From Gemmatimonadota bacterium (GTDB lineage: Bacteria; Gemmatimonadota; Gemmatimonadetes; Gemmatimonadales; Gemmatimonadaceae): 64,000 nucleotides of DNA. Below, piece by piece: positions 30,701-39,489 of the stretch. The notes under the pieces were generated by a model. The model was not told the DNA's origin. It saw only the letters and a program-made list of their open reading frames with translations, and searched no databases. Location of the stretch: contig JARIFA010000004.1 of assembly GCA_031127075.1 (NCBI GenBank), positions 3,390 to 67,389 of the forward strand. The letters are read 5' to 3'. The position numbers and the translations under genes are program-made. The number at the start of each line of letters is the position of its first letter. The stretch's first letter is position 1.

Positions 30701-32271
30701 AGGTCGAGGTCGTAACGGATGACCTCGCCGATCGTGACGCGCCCCGACCCGCGGAACTGCGAGGGGGCGAAGGCGCTGTCGCGGTGCGTGAGGTCGAGGT
30801 CACGGAAGCGCACGTCGTTCCAGGGCCCGTCGAGCCGCACCGTCCCCGCGAGCACGCCGCGGAGCGCGGGCATCGCCGGATTCGCCGCCTGCAGCGTCCG
30901 CAGATCGAGCGTGTCGAGCCGCAGCTGGAAGGCGTCGAACGCGGTGACGGCCGGTCGGAGGAGGTCGAGGGTCCCCTCCCCCCGCGCGCGGGTGCGTGCC
31001 CCGGGCACATTCGCGTCGCGATACACGAGCGCCGCCTCGGCGACCCGGAACCGATTCAACGGTCCGCCGGGCCCGCGCAGCCGGCCGGTGAGCGCCCCCG
31101 CGAAGGGATAGGGGAGCGGCCCGCCGACGCGCTCGAGGAGCGCGACGTCCACCGGCGCCGCCTGCACGTCGACGTCGCGCATCACGAGGACCGGCCCCCC
31201 GACGACGAAGGTCATCTGCCCGAGCAACCGCGAGCCGAAGGTGCGCACGTCGAGGTCGGAGAGCGCGAACTGCAGCCCGCCGCGGATCGTCGGGACGTCA
31301 CGGATGTCGAGGACCATCGAGCCGCCCCCACGCTCCGGGAGCGACGGGGAGATCCACGCGAGGTCCGCCAACGCGATCGAATCGCCGGCGACCCGCACGC
31401 GGATCCGCGCGGGCGCGGCCCCACCCCACCAGATCCGTCCACCGACGCGCCCGACCGACTCGGCGAGTCGCATCGTCGGGAAGTCGAGGAAGAGCGAGTC
31501 ACCGAGCACGCGGAGCTGCCCGGCGAGGTCACGGATGGTGAAGGGCGGGTCGTTCTCGACCATCGCCGCGTGCGCCACGTCGACGAGGAGCCCCGCCGAG
31601 TCCGGGTAGGCGAGCCGCAGGCGCGGCAGGTCGAGCTGCATCCCCGTCCAGCGCCACGTGCGCGTGAGCCCCGTGGGGGTCCGCCGCGTCTCGGGGGCGG
31701 GATCGGCGAGCGCCACCGCGATGGCACTGTCGCGCCGCGCCCCGCGAAGCGAGTCCGCGGGACTCCACGGCATCGTGACGTCGACGATGCCGTCGCGGAC
31801 CGCCACCTGCTCGAGAAGGAAGATGCTGCCGAACGCGGTGCGGCTCCGCACGCGCTTCGGCCCGGGCGCCGGCGGGAAGAGCTCCGTCAGGTTCCAGCGA
31901 CCGTCGCTCGCCTGCCGGAGATGAAGCTGCGGGCGCACGACGTCCGCGGTGCGGATGACGATGCGCCCGTCCATCAGATCGCGCGGATCGAAGGTCACCG
32001 CAACCGGCCCCGAGGCGAGGAGAAGGGCCTCGTCCGGCCCGCGCAGTTCGAGCGAGTCGAGGGTGAGGTCGGCGATGAACGACCCGCGGAGCGTCCCGAG
32101 ATGCACGCGCCCACGGACCGCGCGCGCGAGCTGCCGCTCGACGAGCGCACGGATCCACTCGCGCCCGCCGATGCTCTGGGTCGCCGCGGCGAAGCCGCCG
32201 ACGACCCCCGCGCTGATGCCAAGCATCAGCAGGGCGCTGACGAGGAGGACGGCGAGGCGGCGGCGGTCCAT
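27748..32271 (-). CDS. tamB: Translocation/assembly module TamB-like protein
   Basis: About 1500 aa, N-terminal TM anchor, beta-rich body, C-terminal LTGTLQTVRGTY..RTFEVERGEIAFFGEPDLNPTIDIAA..VRVNIGGTL; coupled (TGATG) to an Omp85 gene. Confidence 0.85.
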   Translation of the reverse strand: MDRRRLAVLLVSALLMLGISAGVVGGFAAATQSIGGREWIRALVERQLARAVRGRVHLGTLRGSFIADLTLDSLELRGPDEALLLASGPVAVTFDPRDLMDGRIVIRTADVVRPQLHLRQASDGRWNLTELFPPAPGPKRVRSRTAFGSIFLLEQVAVRDGIVDVTMPWSPADSLRGARRDSAIAVALADPAPETRRTPTGLTRTWRWTGMQLDLPRLRLAYPDSAGLLVDVAHAAMVENDPPFTIRDLAGQLRVLGDSLFLDFPTMRLAESVGRVGGRIWWGGAAPARIRVRVAGDSIALADLAWISPSLPERGGGSMVLDIRDVPTIRGGLQFALSDLDVRTFGSRLLGQMTFVVGGPVLVMRDVDVQAAPVDVALLERVGGPLPYPFAGALTGRLRGPGGPLNRFRVAEAALVYRDANVPGARTRARGEGTLDLLRPAVTAFDAFQLRLDTLDLRTLQAANPAMPALRGVLAGTVRLDGPWNDVRFRDLDLTHRDSAFAPSQFRGSGRVTIGEVIRYDLDLLALPLAMSTMAQSFPAVPLRGDHAGPLRIRGTTDSLALVADLSGAHGRVEVDLLLDSEAPAYRVVGRAAVAGFDPRGALGDSTLPRGDLNARLDAAVTADSLANLDGTLALFVDRSTIEGVRVFDGVGRLRFADGRVHFDSLHLETTAVELNGVGALGLHPGRTETLALRARVDSLGGVRRLLGLGIADTLAGSLRIDGGARGWVRDFAFDGRLDGTGLLLGGNDARAVDGTVALAGLPTAPRGVLSLGADTVRAAGFGFTRAYARAAIADGQRGAVELQVAGASGTLARARARYVLDADTTTLFVDSLVIATGLQRWALVGPGRFTAHPGGFASDVFELRGATGSSIRISGAVPRDGASDLALRAVALPVADVAELLQVTGTQTGRIDLEARVTGPRRRPRLEGRATLTEALLKGVRVDSLTIGALAEADALRVTATLGSTRAPALAVDGRIPMAVTLAGDGLRPMPDAPLQVTVRSDSVSLRLFDLYTAASVGDAGSFALNLDVGGTWAKPRLNGGLVVRDGNLQVAPLGDVRWRDLNADIGLIGDSIAIRRFTATSRAESRTGRAAIGGWVSLADRENPRFDVAVRANTFHVYNVRDVADIDLSDSLRIAGSLSAATLSGALTADRAIISIPEVATKSVISLEEFDRFGIVDTAALVAQRLLPGASSQFVDNLTVRNVPVRMGRDVWLRSEEANVNLGGAVSITRSRQGRGRDAAAQLALTGTLQTVRGTYRLNLGPVQRTFEVERGEIAFFGEPDLNPTIDIAALHTVRQYSKQGAQPDVRVRVNIGGTLLAPSATLSTPDSARVKNADLISYLVTGGPSFEIAAQSSDYYASTAARVLLSSLGSWAGGKAAGGLCDDAVLSTSGADQSQRGLANLGSSILEGVRFNCAKQVGAKAFVRLDAGLCQVSQFVSGGGGGSASALANSIGVKLDYLVRPTLTVSAGVEPPTSAVLCSQNVNARGFVPTPQQFGFDLFRAWRF

Positions 32272-34529
32272 CAGAACGCCTGCCCGATGGCGAAGGTCGG
32301 CGTGAACCGGCGCAGGAACCGTGAGGCGCGCGGCGGGCGCAGCGAGATCGGGCACGCCCCGGTCGCCTGCTCGACCACGACCCGCCCCCCACCGACCTCG
32401 CGCTTCGTGACCGCGAGGGTGTTGCCGGGGCTCACGCAGAAGAGCGCCCCGCCCTCGGTGAGCGGCGCATCGAAATACGCCGCCCCCTCGACGGGGTCGT
32501 ACGGGTTGTACGCGAGGTCGGCACGCAGATACCCGATCGGGGTCCGGATGCGCACCCCGATGCCCGGCGTCACCCGCAGGGCGGAGAAGCGGAGCCGCTC
32601 CACGCCGGCGCCGCGGTTCCAGACGCGCCCCGCATCCGCGAAGACGGTCCAGCGCAGGAGCTCGGGGAGGAACGGACTCTGCAGCCGCAGTTCGAGATTG
32701 CCGACGACCATCATGTTGCCGCCGGTCGGCACCGCGCGCCGCGCCGTCGAATCGGCGGCCTGGAAGAACACCGTGTCGCCGACCGCGAAGGTGCTCGTCC
32801 GCGCCCCGGCCGCCGTCAGCGTGTCATACGCCTCGGGGATGTAGACCGCCGGGCCGAGCTCGTTCTGCCGGAAGCCACGGACCGTGGTCGGACCACCGGC
32901 GAAGAGGCGCTCCTGCGCCGGGACGAAGCGCTCCGTCGCGTCAAAGGAGAGGGTGGGGCCGAGCACGCCGCCCAACCGCACGCGCAGGGCGAGCACCGCT
33001 TCCTCGGCCACGCGGACGTAGGTGGAGCCGTCGAGGGAGAACCGGGTAAACTGGCGCGCCTCGTCCGACCCCGTGATCTTCGACGCATGCCGCGCCTCGA
33101 GGCGCCCGACGAGGCCGCGCGTCGGATCGGCGGGATCATCGGTCCGCTCATAGCTCGTCGCCGCGCTGACGACCGCGAGGCGCTGCAGCCGCGGCCGCGC
33201 CGCGCGGTCGGCAGCGACGCCGGCGTTGAAGACGGCACAGAAGAGCGCCGGCTGCGCTTCCGTGCGCCCGAGCTCGATGCTGTAGCCAAGGCTGTGGGTC
33301 CGCCTCGGGAGTGCGCGCGCGAGCGCGAGGCTCGCGCCGATCGGCGCGGTGCGGAGGAACGCCTGGAACTCCGAACGACGCTCCGAATAGAGGGAGATCG
33401 TCGGGACGAAGCTCGTGCGCAGCACCGACGGCTGGCTCACGGTGGCGCTGACGTAGTAGTTCAGGACGTCGCTGTAGGGATCGCTCCGCGCGATGCCGCT
33501 GCACAACGACTCGGCGCCGTCGAGCGGCGCGCCGACGCCGATCTTCGAGACGCGGCCACGGAGCTCGAGGCGCGTGGCCGTGCGGAACAGGTTGTAATCG
33601 CTCAGCTCGCCCGTGGTACGGAAGCAGTCGAGGGTCCCCCAGCCGCCGCCGAAGCGCGCCGAGCGGAGGAAGCCCTCGGTGAGCGCGATATCGATCGGCA
33701 GGAGCGAGTCCGCCCCGGCCTCCCCGGGCTGCACCTCCACCTGCGCGAAGGCTTCGCTCTGGTACAGGGTCCGCTTCGCGCGCTCGAGCAGGCGCTCGCG
33801 ATAGAGGTCGCCCGTGGTGAGCCCGCTGAGCCGACGGACCGCGACCTCGGGCACCTCCGGCGCGCCGCCGCCACTCCCCGTCCGCGCGATCCGCAGCGCC
33901 CCGATGCGTCGCCGCGGCCCAGGAACCACGGTGAACCGCACCGTCGCGCGCCGCTCGAGCGTCCGGGTGTCATAGCCGAGGAAGGTCTCCGCCTCGGGAT
34001 AGCCGTTGTTGCGGAGCCGCCGCGTGATGGAGTCGCGGGTCGCCCGGTTCGCGTAGCGATCGAATCGGCCACCGACCCGCGCCGGCAGACCCTCGCGGAT
34101 CTGCGCGGCCTCCGGCACGCCGTCGAGCCCCTCGACCCGCACGGTGTCGACGAGCACCGGCTCCCCTTCGACGATCTGGAAGCGGACCTGCACGACGCCC
34201 GGCTCCGGGCGCGCCACGACAGTATCGACGGTCGCGTCGACGAACCCGTGGTTGCGGTACCAGACCGTGAGGCGCAGCAGGTCGCGCGGGAACTCGTCCG
34301 CATCGAGACAGTGCTTGAGTCCGACGACCCGGAAGGTCCGGCGCGCCCAGGACGACGGCGTCGTCACGATGCCCGCGGTCAGGTCCGCGTCGCTGAACGC
34401 CACGTTCCCGCTGAAGCTCAGCGCGCGCACCTCCACGTCCCCGCGCTCGCACCGCGTCTCCTGCGCCCCGGCCGCGGATGCGACGCAGAGGCCCAGGGTC
34501 GCGAGGCGGCGGCCGACGCGACGCCGCAT
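32271..34529 (-). CDS. tamA: Omp85 family (BamA/TamA) outer-membrane protein
   Basis: POTRA repeats (VRALSFSGNVAFSDADL, YRNHGFVDATV), RLFAGGPTTVRGF, GGNMMVVGNLELR, RTPIGYLRADLAY, C-terminal IGQAF. Confidence 0.88.
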   Translation of the reverse strand: MRRRVGRRLATLGLCVASAAGAQETRCERGDVEVRALSFSGNVAFSDADLTAGIVTTPSSWARRTFRVVGLKHCLDADEFPRDLLRLTVWYRNHGFVDATVDTVVARPEPGVVQVRFQIVEGEPVLVDTVRVEGLDGVPEAAQIREGLPARVGGRFDRYANRATRDSITRRLRNNGYPEAETFLGYDTRTLERRATVRFTVVPGPRRRIGALRIARTGSGGGAPEVPEVAVRRLSGLTTGDLYRERLLERAKRTLYQSEAFAQVEVQPGEAGADSLLPIDIALTEGFLRSARFGGGWGTLDCFRTTGELSDYNLFRTATRLELRGRVSKIGVGAPLDGAESLCSGIARSDPYSDVLNYYVSATVSQPSVLRTSFVPTISLYSERRSEFQAFLRTAPIGASLALARALPRRTHSLGYSIELGRTEAQPALFCAVFNAGVAADRAARPRLQRLAVVSAATSYERTDDPADPTRGLVGRLEARHASKITGSDEARQFTRFSLDGSTYVRVAEEAVLALRVRLGGVLGPTLSFDATERFVPAQERLFAGGPTTVRGFRQNELGPAVYIPEAYDTLTAAGARTSTFAVGDTVFFQAADSTARRAVPTGGNMMVVGNLELRLQSPFLPELLRWTVFADAGRVWNRGAGVERLRFSALRVTPGIGVRIRTPIGYLRADLAYNPYDPVEGAAYFDAPLTEGGALFCVSPGNTLAVTKREVGGGRVVVEQATGACPISLRPPRASRFLRRFTPTFAIGQAF

Positions 34530-34530
34530 G

Positions 34531-35553
34531 TCAGTCGTCCTTCTGCCCGAAGATCGCGAGGTTCGACGAGTGCCCGGGGCTCAGCTTCTTCTCCGGGTGC
34601 ATCCAGTGCACCGCCTGGTTCACCGCCATGCTCGCCTCGGCGAACCCCGTCGCGATGAGCTTGAGCTTCCCGGGATACGTGGTGACGTCACCGCAGGCCC
34701 AGACCCCCGCGCGCCCCGTCCCCATCGTCTGGTCGACGACGAGCTCGTCCTGCTCGAGCCGAAGGCCCCACGTCGCCATCGGGCCCATGTCGCTCACGAA
34801 GCCGAGCATCGGGAGGACGAAATCGCAGGGGATGCGGCGCGTCGTCTTCGCCTTGAGGTCGCGCAGCTCGAGCGCGACCATCCGGTCGCCCTCGGCCACG
34901 ACATCGGCGAGCTCGTGGAAGGTGTGGACCGCCGCGCGTCCCTCCGCCGCCGCCGCGAGGACGGCGTCGACCGTCGCCTGATGCGCGCGGAACCGGTCGC
35001 TGCGGTGCACGAGCGTCACCGAGGCCGCGATCCCCTGCAGCTGGTGCGCCCAGTCGAAGGCGGAGTCCCCGCCGCCGATGATCGCGACGTGTCGATCGGC
35101 ATAGCGCGTCGGCGCGAGCACCGCCTCGTCGATCCCGCGCCCGTACCACGGCGCCGCGCAGGGCTGCGGCAGGCGCCGCGCCGCGAAGGCGCCGATCCCC
35201 GCCGCGATGATCACCGCACGCGTCGGGAAACGGTCGGTCTCGGTCACCACGACGAAGCCCCCCTCGGCCGCCTCCTCGAGCGCGACCACGCGCTGGCCGC
35301 AATGGACGGGCTGACCGAACTGCCCCGCCTGCGCCACGAGGTTCGCGACGAGGTCCTTCGCGAGCACCCGCGGGAAGCCGGCGACGTCGAAGATGAACTT
35401 CTCGGGATAGAGCGCGGCGAGCTGCCCGCCGGGTTGCGGCAACGCATCGACGATTTGCGCCGAAGCCCCGCGCATGCCAGCGTAGAAGAGTGCGAACAGG
35501 CCCGCCGGGCCTCCGCCGATGATCGTGATGTCCCGTGGTTCGTGCGTGCGCAT
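34531..35553 (-). CDS. TrxB-type ferredoxin-NADP+ reductase (YumC-like)
   Basis: DITIIGGGPAGLFALFYAGMR, GGQLAALYPEKFIFDVAGFP, IIGGGDSAFDWA, YPGKLKLIATGFAE. Confidence 0.92.
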   Translation of the reverse strand: MRTHEPRDITIIGGGPAGLFALFYAGMRGASAQIVDALPQPGGQLAALYPEKFIFDVAGFPRVLAKDLVANLVAQAGQFGQPVHCGQRVVALEEAAEGGFVVVTETDRFPTRAVIIAAGIGAFAARRLPQPCAAPWYGRGIDEAVLAPTRYADRHVAIIGGGDSAFDWAHQLQGIAASVTLVHRSDRFRAHQATVDAVLAAAAEGRAAVHTFHELADVVAEGDRMVALELRDLKAKTTRRIPCDFVLPMLGFVSDMGPMATWGLRLEQDELVVDQTMGTGRAGVWACGDVTTYPGKLKLIATGFAEASMAVNQAVHWMHPEKKLSPGHSSNLAIFGQKDD

Positions 35554-35620
35554 ACGGCAAATCTCGCCCGTCACGACCATAGAGGGCAACCGCGGTTCCC
35601 CCTCCTCCCCGCTCCGCCGG

Positions 35621-36628
35621 ATGACCGACCTCCCCGTCCTCGACGCACCGACCCGGTTCCGCCTCGTCCGCGAGCTCGCCCGGGGCGGGATGGCCACGGT
35701 CTACGAGGCCGAGCAGGTGGGCCCCTCCGACTTCACCAAGCGGATGGCGGTGAAGATCATCCACGAGCGCTACGGGGCGCATCCGGAGTGGCGCCAGCTC
35801 TTCGTCGACGAAGCCAAGCTCTCCGCCAACCTCGTGCACGGCAACATCGTGCAGATCTACCAGCTCGGGGAGAGCGCGGACCGACTCTTCATCGCGATGG
35901 AGCTGATCAAGGGCGTGACGCTCCGCACGTTGATCAACACCCACCGCGCCCGTCGCCTCATCCTGCCCCCCGACGTCGCCGCCTACTGCGCGAGCCGCAT
36001 CTGCCGCGCCCTCGACTTCGCGCACCACTTCCGTGATGCGCGCGGCGTGCACCTCGACATCGTCCACCGCGACGTCTCCCCGGGGAACGTGATGCTCACT
36101 TGGGACGGTCAGGTCAAACTCGCCGACTTCGGGATCGCCAAGGCCCGCACGATGGCCGACCCCTCTGCGAACCGTCCCCTCCTCCTCGGGAAGAAGCACT
36201 ACATGAGCCCGGAGCAGCTCCTCGGCCGCTCCGTCGCGCCGACCGCCGACGTCTTCTCGATGGGCGTCGTCCTCTTCGAGCTCTTCGCGCTGCGATCCCT
36301 CTTCACCGAAGACGAGACGCTCGCCGCGATCGATGAGGTCGTGCTCTCCCCGACGCCCGACCTCGTGAGTCGCCTCCCCGAGCTCGACCCGGACATGCAG
36401 CGCATCATCGCGGCGGCGATCGCGAAGGAGCCGGAGGACCGGCCGAGCGCGGCGGCACTGGGCCGGGCGCTCGACGCCTGGACCGCGGCCCGTGGCGCGC
36501 CCGGCTCCCCCGAACGCCTGCAGGCGCACCTCGCCGAGCTCTTCCCCGAGGCCCCCGCCTCGCCGCCGCAGCGTCAGGAACCCCCCTCCGTCAGCCTCCT
36601 GCCCGGCATCACCCCCACGTCCCGTTAG
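35621..36628 (+). CDS. Hanks-type Ser/Thr protein kinase
   Basis: LARGGMATVY, AVKII, IVHRDVSPGNVML, VKLADFGIAK, YMSPEQ, DVFSMGVVLFE. Confidence 0.95.
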   Translation: MTDLPVLDAPTRFRLVRELARGGMATVYEAEQVGPSDFTKRMAVKIIHERYGAHPEWRQLFVDEAKLSANLVHGNIVQIYQLGESADRLFIAMELIKGVTLRTLINTHRARRLILPPDVAAYCASRICRALDFAHHFRDARGVHLDIVHRDVSPGNVMLTWDGQVKLADFGIAKARTMADPSANRPLLLGKKHYMSPEQLLGRSVAPTADVFSMGVVLFELFALRSLFTEDETLAAIDEVVLSPTPDLVSRLPELDPDMQRIIAAAIAKEPEDRPSAAALGRALDAWTAARGAPGSPERLQAHLAELFPEAPASPPQRQEPPSVSLLPGITPTSR

Positions 36629-36637
36629 ATTCACGGG

Positions 36638-37189
36638 ATGACGCTCAAGATCTACACCAAGACCGGCGACGACGGCGACACGGGCCTCTTCGGCGGCGGC
36701 CGCGTGGCGAAGGACCACCCGCGCGTCGAGGCGTACGGCGAAGTCGACGAACTGAATGCGACGATCGGGCTCGCCCGATCGATCGAGATGATGCCGCGCA
36801 TCGACGAGGTGCTGGCCCCGGTGCAGCGCGATCTCTTCGCCTTGGGCGCACTCCTCGCGACCCCCGATCCCGAGAAGATGTGGGAGCAGCTCGAGAAGGC
36901 TCGCATCTCTGACGCCCGGATCGCCCAGCTCGAGCAGGCGATCGACGACGGCGAGCAGGAACTCGAGCCGCTGAAGTCCTTCATCCTCCCCGGCGGCACG
37001 CCGAAGGCCGCCGCCCTCCACGTCGCGCGCACGGTCTGCCGCCGGAGCGAGCGGGCGGTCATCCGTCTGCAGCACGAGACCGAGGTGCCGCCGATCGTGG
37101 TGGTCTACCTCAATCGCCTCTCCGACCTCCTCTTCGTCCTCGCGCGGGTCGCCAACCGCCGCGCCGGCGCGGGCGAGGTGACCTGGTAG
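36638..37189 (+). CDS. pduO: Cob(I)alamin adenosyltransferase, PduO-type
   Basis: KIYTKTGDDGDTGL, EAYGEVDELNA, FILPGG, ARTVCRRSER, YLNRLSDLLFVLAR. Confidence 0.95.
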   Translation: MTLKIYTKTGDDGDTGLFGGGRVAKDHPRVEAYGEVDELNATIGLARSIEMMPRIDEVLAPVQRDLFALGALLATPDPEKMWEQLEKARISDARIAQLEQAIDDGEQELEPLKSFILPGGTPKAAALHVARTVCRRSERAVIRLQHETEVPPIVVVYLNRLSDLLFVLARVANRRAGAGEVTW

Positions 37190-37190
37190 G

Positions 37191-38276
37191 ATGCCGACCG
37201 CGCGCACGCTCCACGGCGCGCGGCTCGAGGTCGCGCCGGGACTCGGAGCCGCGCTGGGCGCGCGGCTCGCGACCGGCTGGCCCCGCCACCGCGTCGCGGT
37301 GGTGATCGACACGACGGTCGACACGCTCCACGGCGCCGCGCTGCGGGCGGCCCTCCCGTCCGATGTCACCTGGTGCCCGATCCCCCCGGGCGAGACGACG
37401 AAGACGCGCGCCACCTGGGCCGCCGTCACGGATACGCTCCACGCGGCCGGCCTCGGCCGCGACACCGTGATCGTCGCGGTCGGTGGCGGCGTCACCACCG
37501 ACCTCACGGGCTTCGTCGCGGCGACCTTCGCGCGCGGCGTCCCGACGGTCCTCGTCCCGACCACGCTGCTCGCGATGGTCGACGCGGCCATCGGCGGGAA
37601 GACCGGGGTCGATACGCCGTTCGGGAAAAACCTCGTCGGGGCGCTCCACCACCCGGACCTCGTGCTCATCGATCCGCGCTGGCTCGACACGCTGCCGCGC
37701 GCCGAGCGTCGGCACGGGGCGGCCGAGGCGCTGAAGCACGGCATCGTCGCCGACGCGGCGCATGTCGACTGGCTCACGGCCACGCTCCCCGGCGCGATCG
37801 ACGCCACACCGATCCCCCCAGCGATCGCCGACGCGCTCCTCTCGCGCTCGGTGGAGATCAAGGCGGAGATCGTCGAGGCGGATCCCGAGGATCGCGGCCG
37901 TCGCCGCGTCCTGAACTTCGGCCACACCATCGGCCACGCGCTCGAGCGGCTGAGCGACTACACGATCCCGCACGGCGCCGCCGTCGCGATCGGGATGGTC
38001 GCGGAGGCGCGGCTCGGTGAACGCCTCGGCGTCACGCACGGCGGCGTCGCCGACCGGATCACCGCCGCGTGCGACGCGCTCGCGCTCCCCACGCAGCGCC
38101 CGTCGACGATCTCCGCCGACGCGATCGTCGCCGCGACCCGCGCGGACAAGAAAGCCTCGGGCGGACAGGTCGCCTACGCGCTGCCGGAGACCCTCGGCAC
38201 GATGGCCGGCGCCACATCGGGGTTCGTCATCCCGGTCCCGGACGCCGACGTCCTCCATGCCCTCACAGAAATGTGA
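37191..38276 (+). CDS. aroB: 3-dehydroquinate synthase
   Basis: GETTKT, AVGGGVTTDLTGF, PTTLLAMVDAAIGGKTG, LNFGHTIGHALE, HGAAVAIGM. Confidence 0.93.
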   Translation: MPTARTLHGARLEVAPGLGAALGARLATGWPRHRVAVVIDTTVDTLHGAALRAALPSDVTWCPIPPGETTKTRATWAAVTDTLHAAGLGRDTVIVAVGGGVTTDLTGFVAATFARGVPTVLVPTTLLAMVDAAIGGKTGVDTPFGKNLVGALHHPDLVLIDPRWLDTLPRAERRHGAAEALKHGIVADAAHVDWLTATLPGAIDATPIPPAIADALLSRSVEIKAEIVEADPEDRGRRRVLNFGHTIGHALERLSDYTIPHGAAVAIGMVAEARLGERLGVTHGGVADRITAACDALALPTQRPSTISADAIVAATRADKKASGGQVAYALPETLGTMAGATSGFVIPVPDADVLHALTEM

Positions 38277-38282
38277 GGAGAC

Positions 38283-38309
38283 CCATCTCGTTGCACCGCA
38301 ATGAGATGG
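38283..38309. promoter_or_regulatory. Inverted repeat (hairpin or protein-binding site) between aroB and the sigma factor gene
   Basis: CCATCTC-GTTGC-ACC-GCAAT-GAGATGG. Confidence 0.45.
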
Positions 38310-38335
38310 CTCGTTACAGGCGCGACGCTGTCGGT

Positions 38336-38353
38336 TTGGCACGGTTTTTGGCT
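38336..38353 (+). promoter_or_regulatory. Possible sigma-54 (-24/-12) promoter
   Basis: TTGGCACGGTTTTTGGC versus consensus YTGGCACGRNNNTTGCW; exact -24 element, but the -12 element is GG rather than GC. Confidence 0.45.
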
Positions 38354-38495
38354 GTTGACCGATTTCCCCGGACGCTTGTAGGGTGACTTGTCTGACAGCG
38401 TGGTCGACCTGTCAGGTCCGTCGTCCCGGCAGTGCGGTTCGAGTGGCGTCCTCCCGGCGCCGACATCTCCTACACGCAGTCAATTGGGGTCGGTC

Positions 38496-39389
38496 ATGCA
38501 GCCCGCCAGCGAGTCGAGGTCCCGGACGTATTTCCGTTCCGCGCCGTCCTCTGCGTTCGACCAGTACCTGCTCGACATCCAGAAGCTCCCGCTGATCACC
38601 GACGCCGCCGAAGAGCGCCGTCTCGCCCGGCTCGCGCAGAAGGGCGACGAAGCGGCCGCCGAGCGCCTTGTCACCGCGAACCTCCGGTTCGTGATCAGCT
38701 ACGTGAAGAAGTACCAGGGGCACGGCCTCGACCTCTCGGAGCTCGTCGCGATCGGCAACGAAGGACTCCTGAAGGCGGTGCGGAAGTTCGACCCCGACCA
38801 GGGCGTGAAGTTCATCTCGTACGCCGTGTGGTGGGTGCGCCAGGCCGTCTTGAAGGCGCTCGCGGAGCAGACGCGCTCGGTGCGCATCCCGCTCAATCAG
38901 AACTCGCAGCTCATCCGTCTCTCGCGCGCCGAGATGGTGCTCGCGCAGGTGCTCCGGCGCGACCCCACCGACTCGGAGCTCGGCCGGATGCTGGAGGAGT
39001 CGCCCGAGCAGGTGCGCTCGGCCCGACAGATGTCGTCGACGGAGGTGTCACTCGATGCCCCGGTCGACCGGTCGGACCGTGAGGCGAGCTCGCTCGGCGA
39101 GCGTTTCGCCGGCGCGGACGGCGTTGAGATCGAGGAGAAGACCGACGTGAACCTGATGCGCGAGTGCATCGACAAGGTGTTCCGTCAGTACCTCACCCCG
39201 CGCGAGCGGAAGATCCTCAATCTCTACTACGGCCTCGACGAGGGCGCCGAAGCGATGACCCTCGAGCGAATCGGCGCACTGATGGGCGTCACGCGCGAGC
39301 GGATCCGTCAGATCCGCGAGCGGGCCTTCGACAAGCTCCGCACCTGCCCCGAGGGGCGGTCGCTCGCGGGGTTCTGGGCGGTCACCTGA
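38496..39389 (+). CDS. RNA polymerase sigma-70 factor, RpoD/RpoS family (no region 1.1)
   Basis: FDQYLLDI, LVTANLRFVIS, GNEGLLKAVRKFDPDQGVKFISYAVWWVRQ, TLERIGALMGVTRERIRQI. Start uncertain. Confidence 0.93.
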   Translation: MQPASESRSRTYFRSAPSSAFDQYLLDIQKLPLITDAAEERRLARLAQKGDEAAAERLVTANLRFVISYVKKYQGHGLDLSELVAIGNEGLLKAVRKFDPDQGVKFISYAVWWVRQAVLKALAEQTRSVRIPLNQNSQLIRLSRAEMVLAQVLRRDPTDSELGRMLEESPEQVRSARQMSSTEVSLDAPVDRSDREASSLGERFAGADGVEIEEKTDVNLMRECIDKVFRQYLTPRERKILNLYYGLDEGAEAMTLERIGALMGVTRERIRQIRERAFDKLRTCPEGRSLAGFWAVT

Positions 39390-39438
39390 TCCGCCCGCAT
39401 GACTGAGCGTGGCGTGCCCGGTCTTCGCGCCATGACGA

Positions 39439-39474
39439 CGAACGGGGTCCGGATGCGAATCCGGGCCCCGTTCG
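39439..39474 (+). terminator. Strong GC stem-loop downstream of the sigma factor gene
   Basis: CGAACGGGGTCCGGAT-GCGA-ATCCGGGCCCCGTTCG (GNRA loop); no clear U-tract. Confidence 0.5.
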
Positions 39475-39489
39475 CCTAGGTTCCCGGTC

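Noticed and set aside
30220-32844. 874-aa plus-strand ORF, and other long overlapping ORFs such as 34688-37930, 18149-20503, 20741-22855 and 11034-13154
   Set aside because: Shadow frames opposite recognisable genes; no family motifs.
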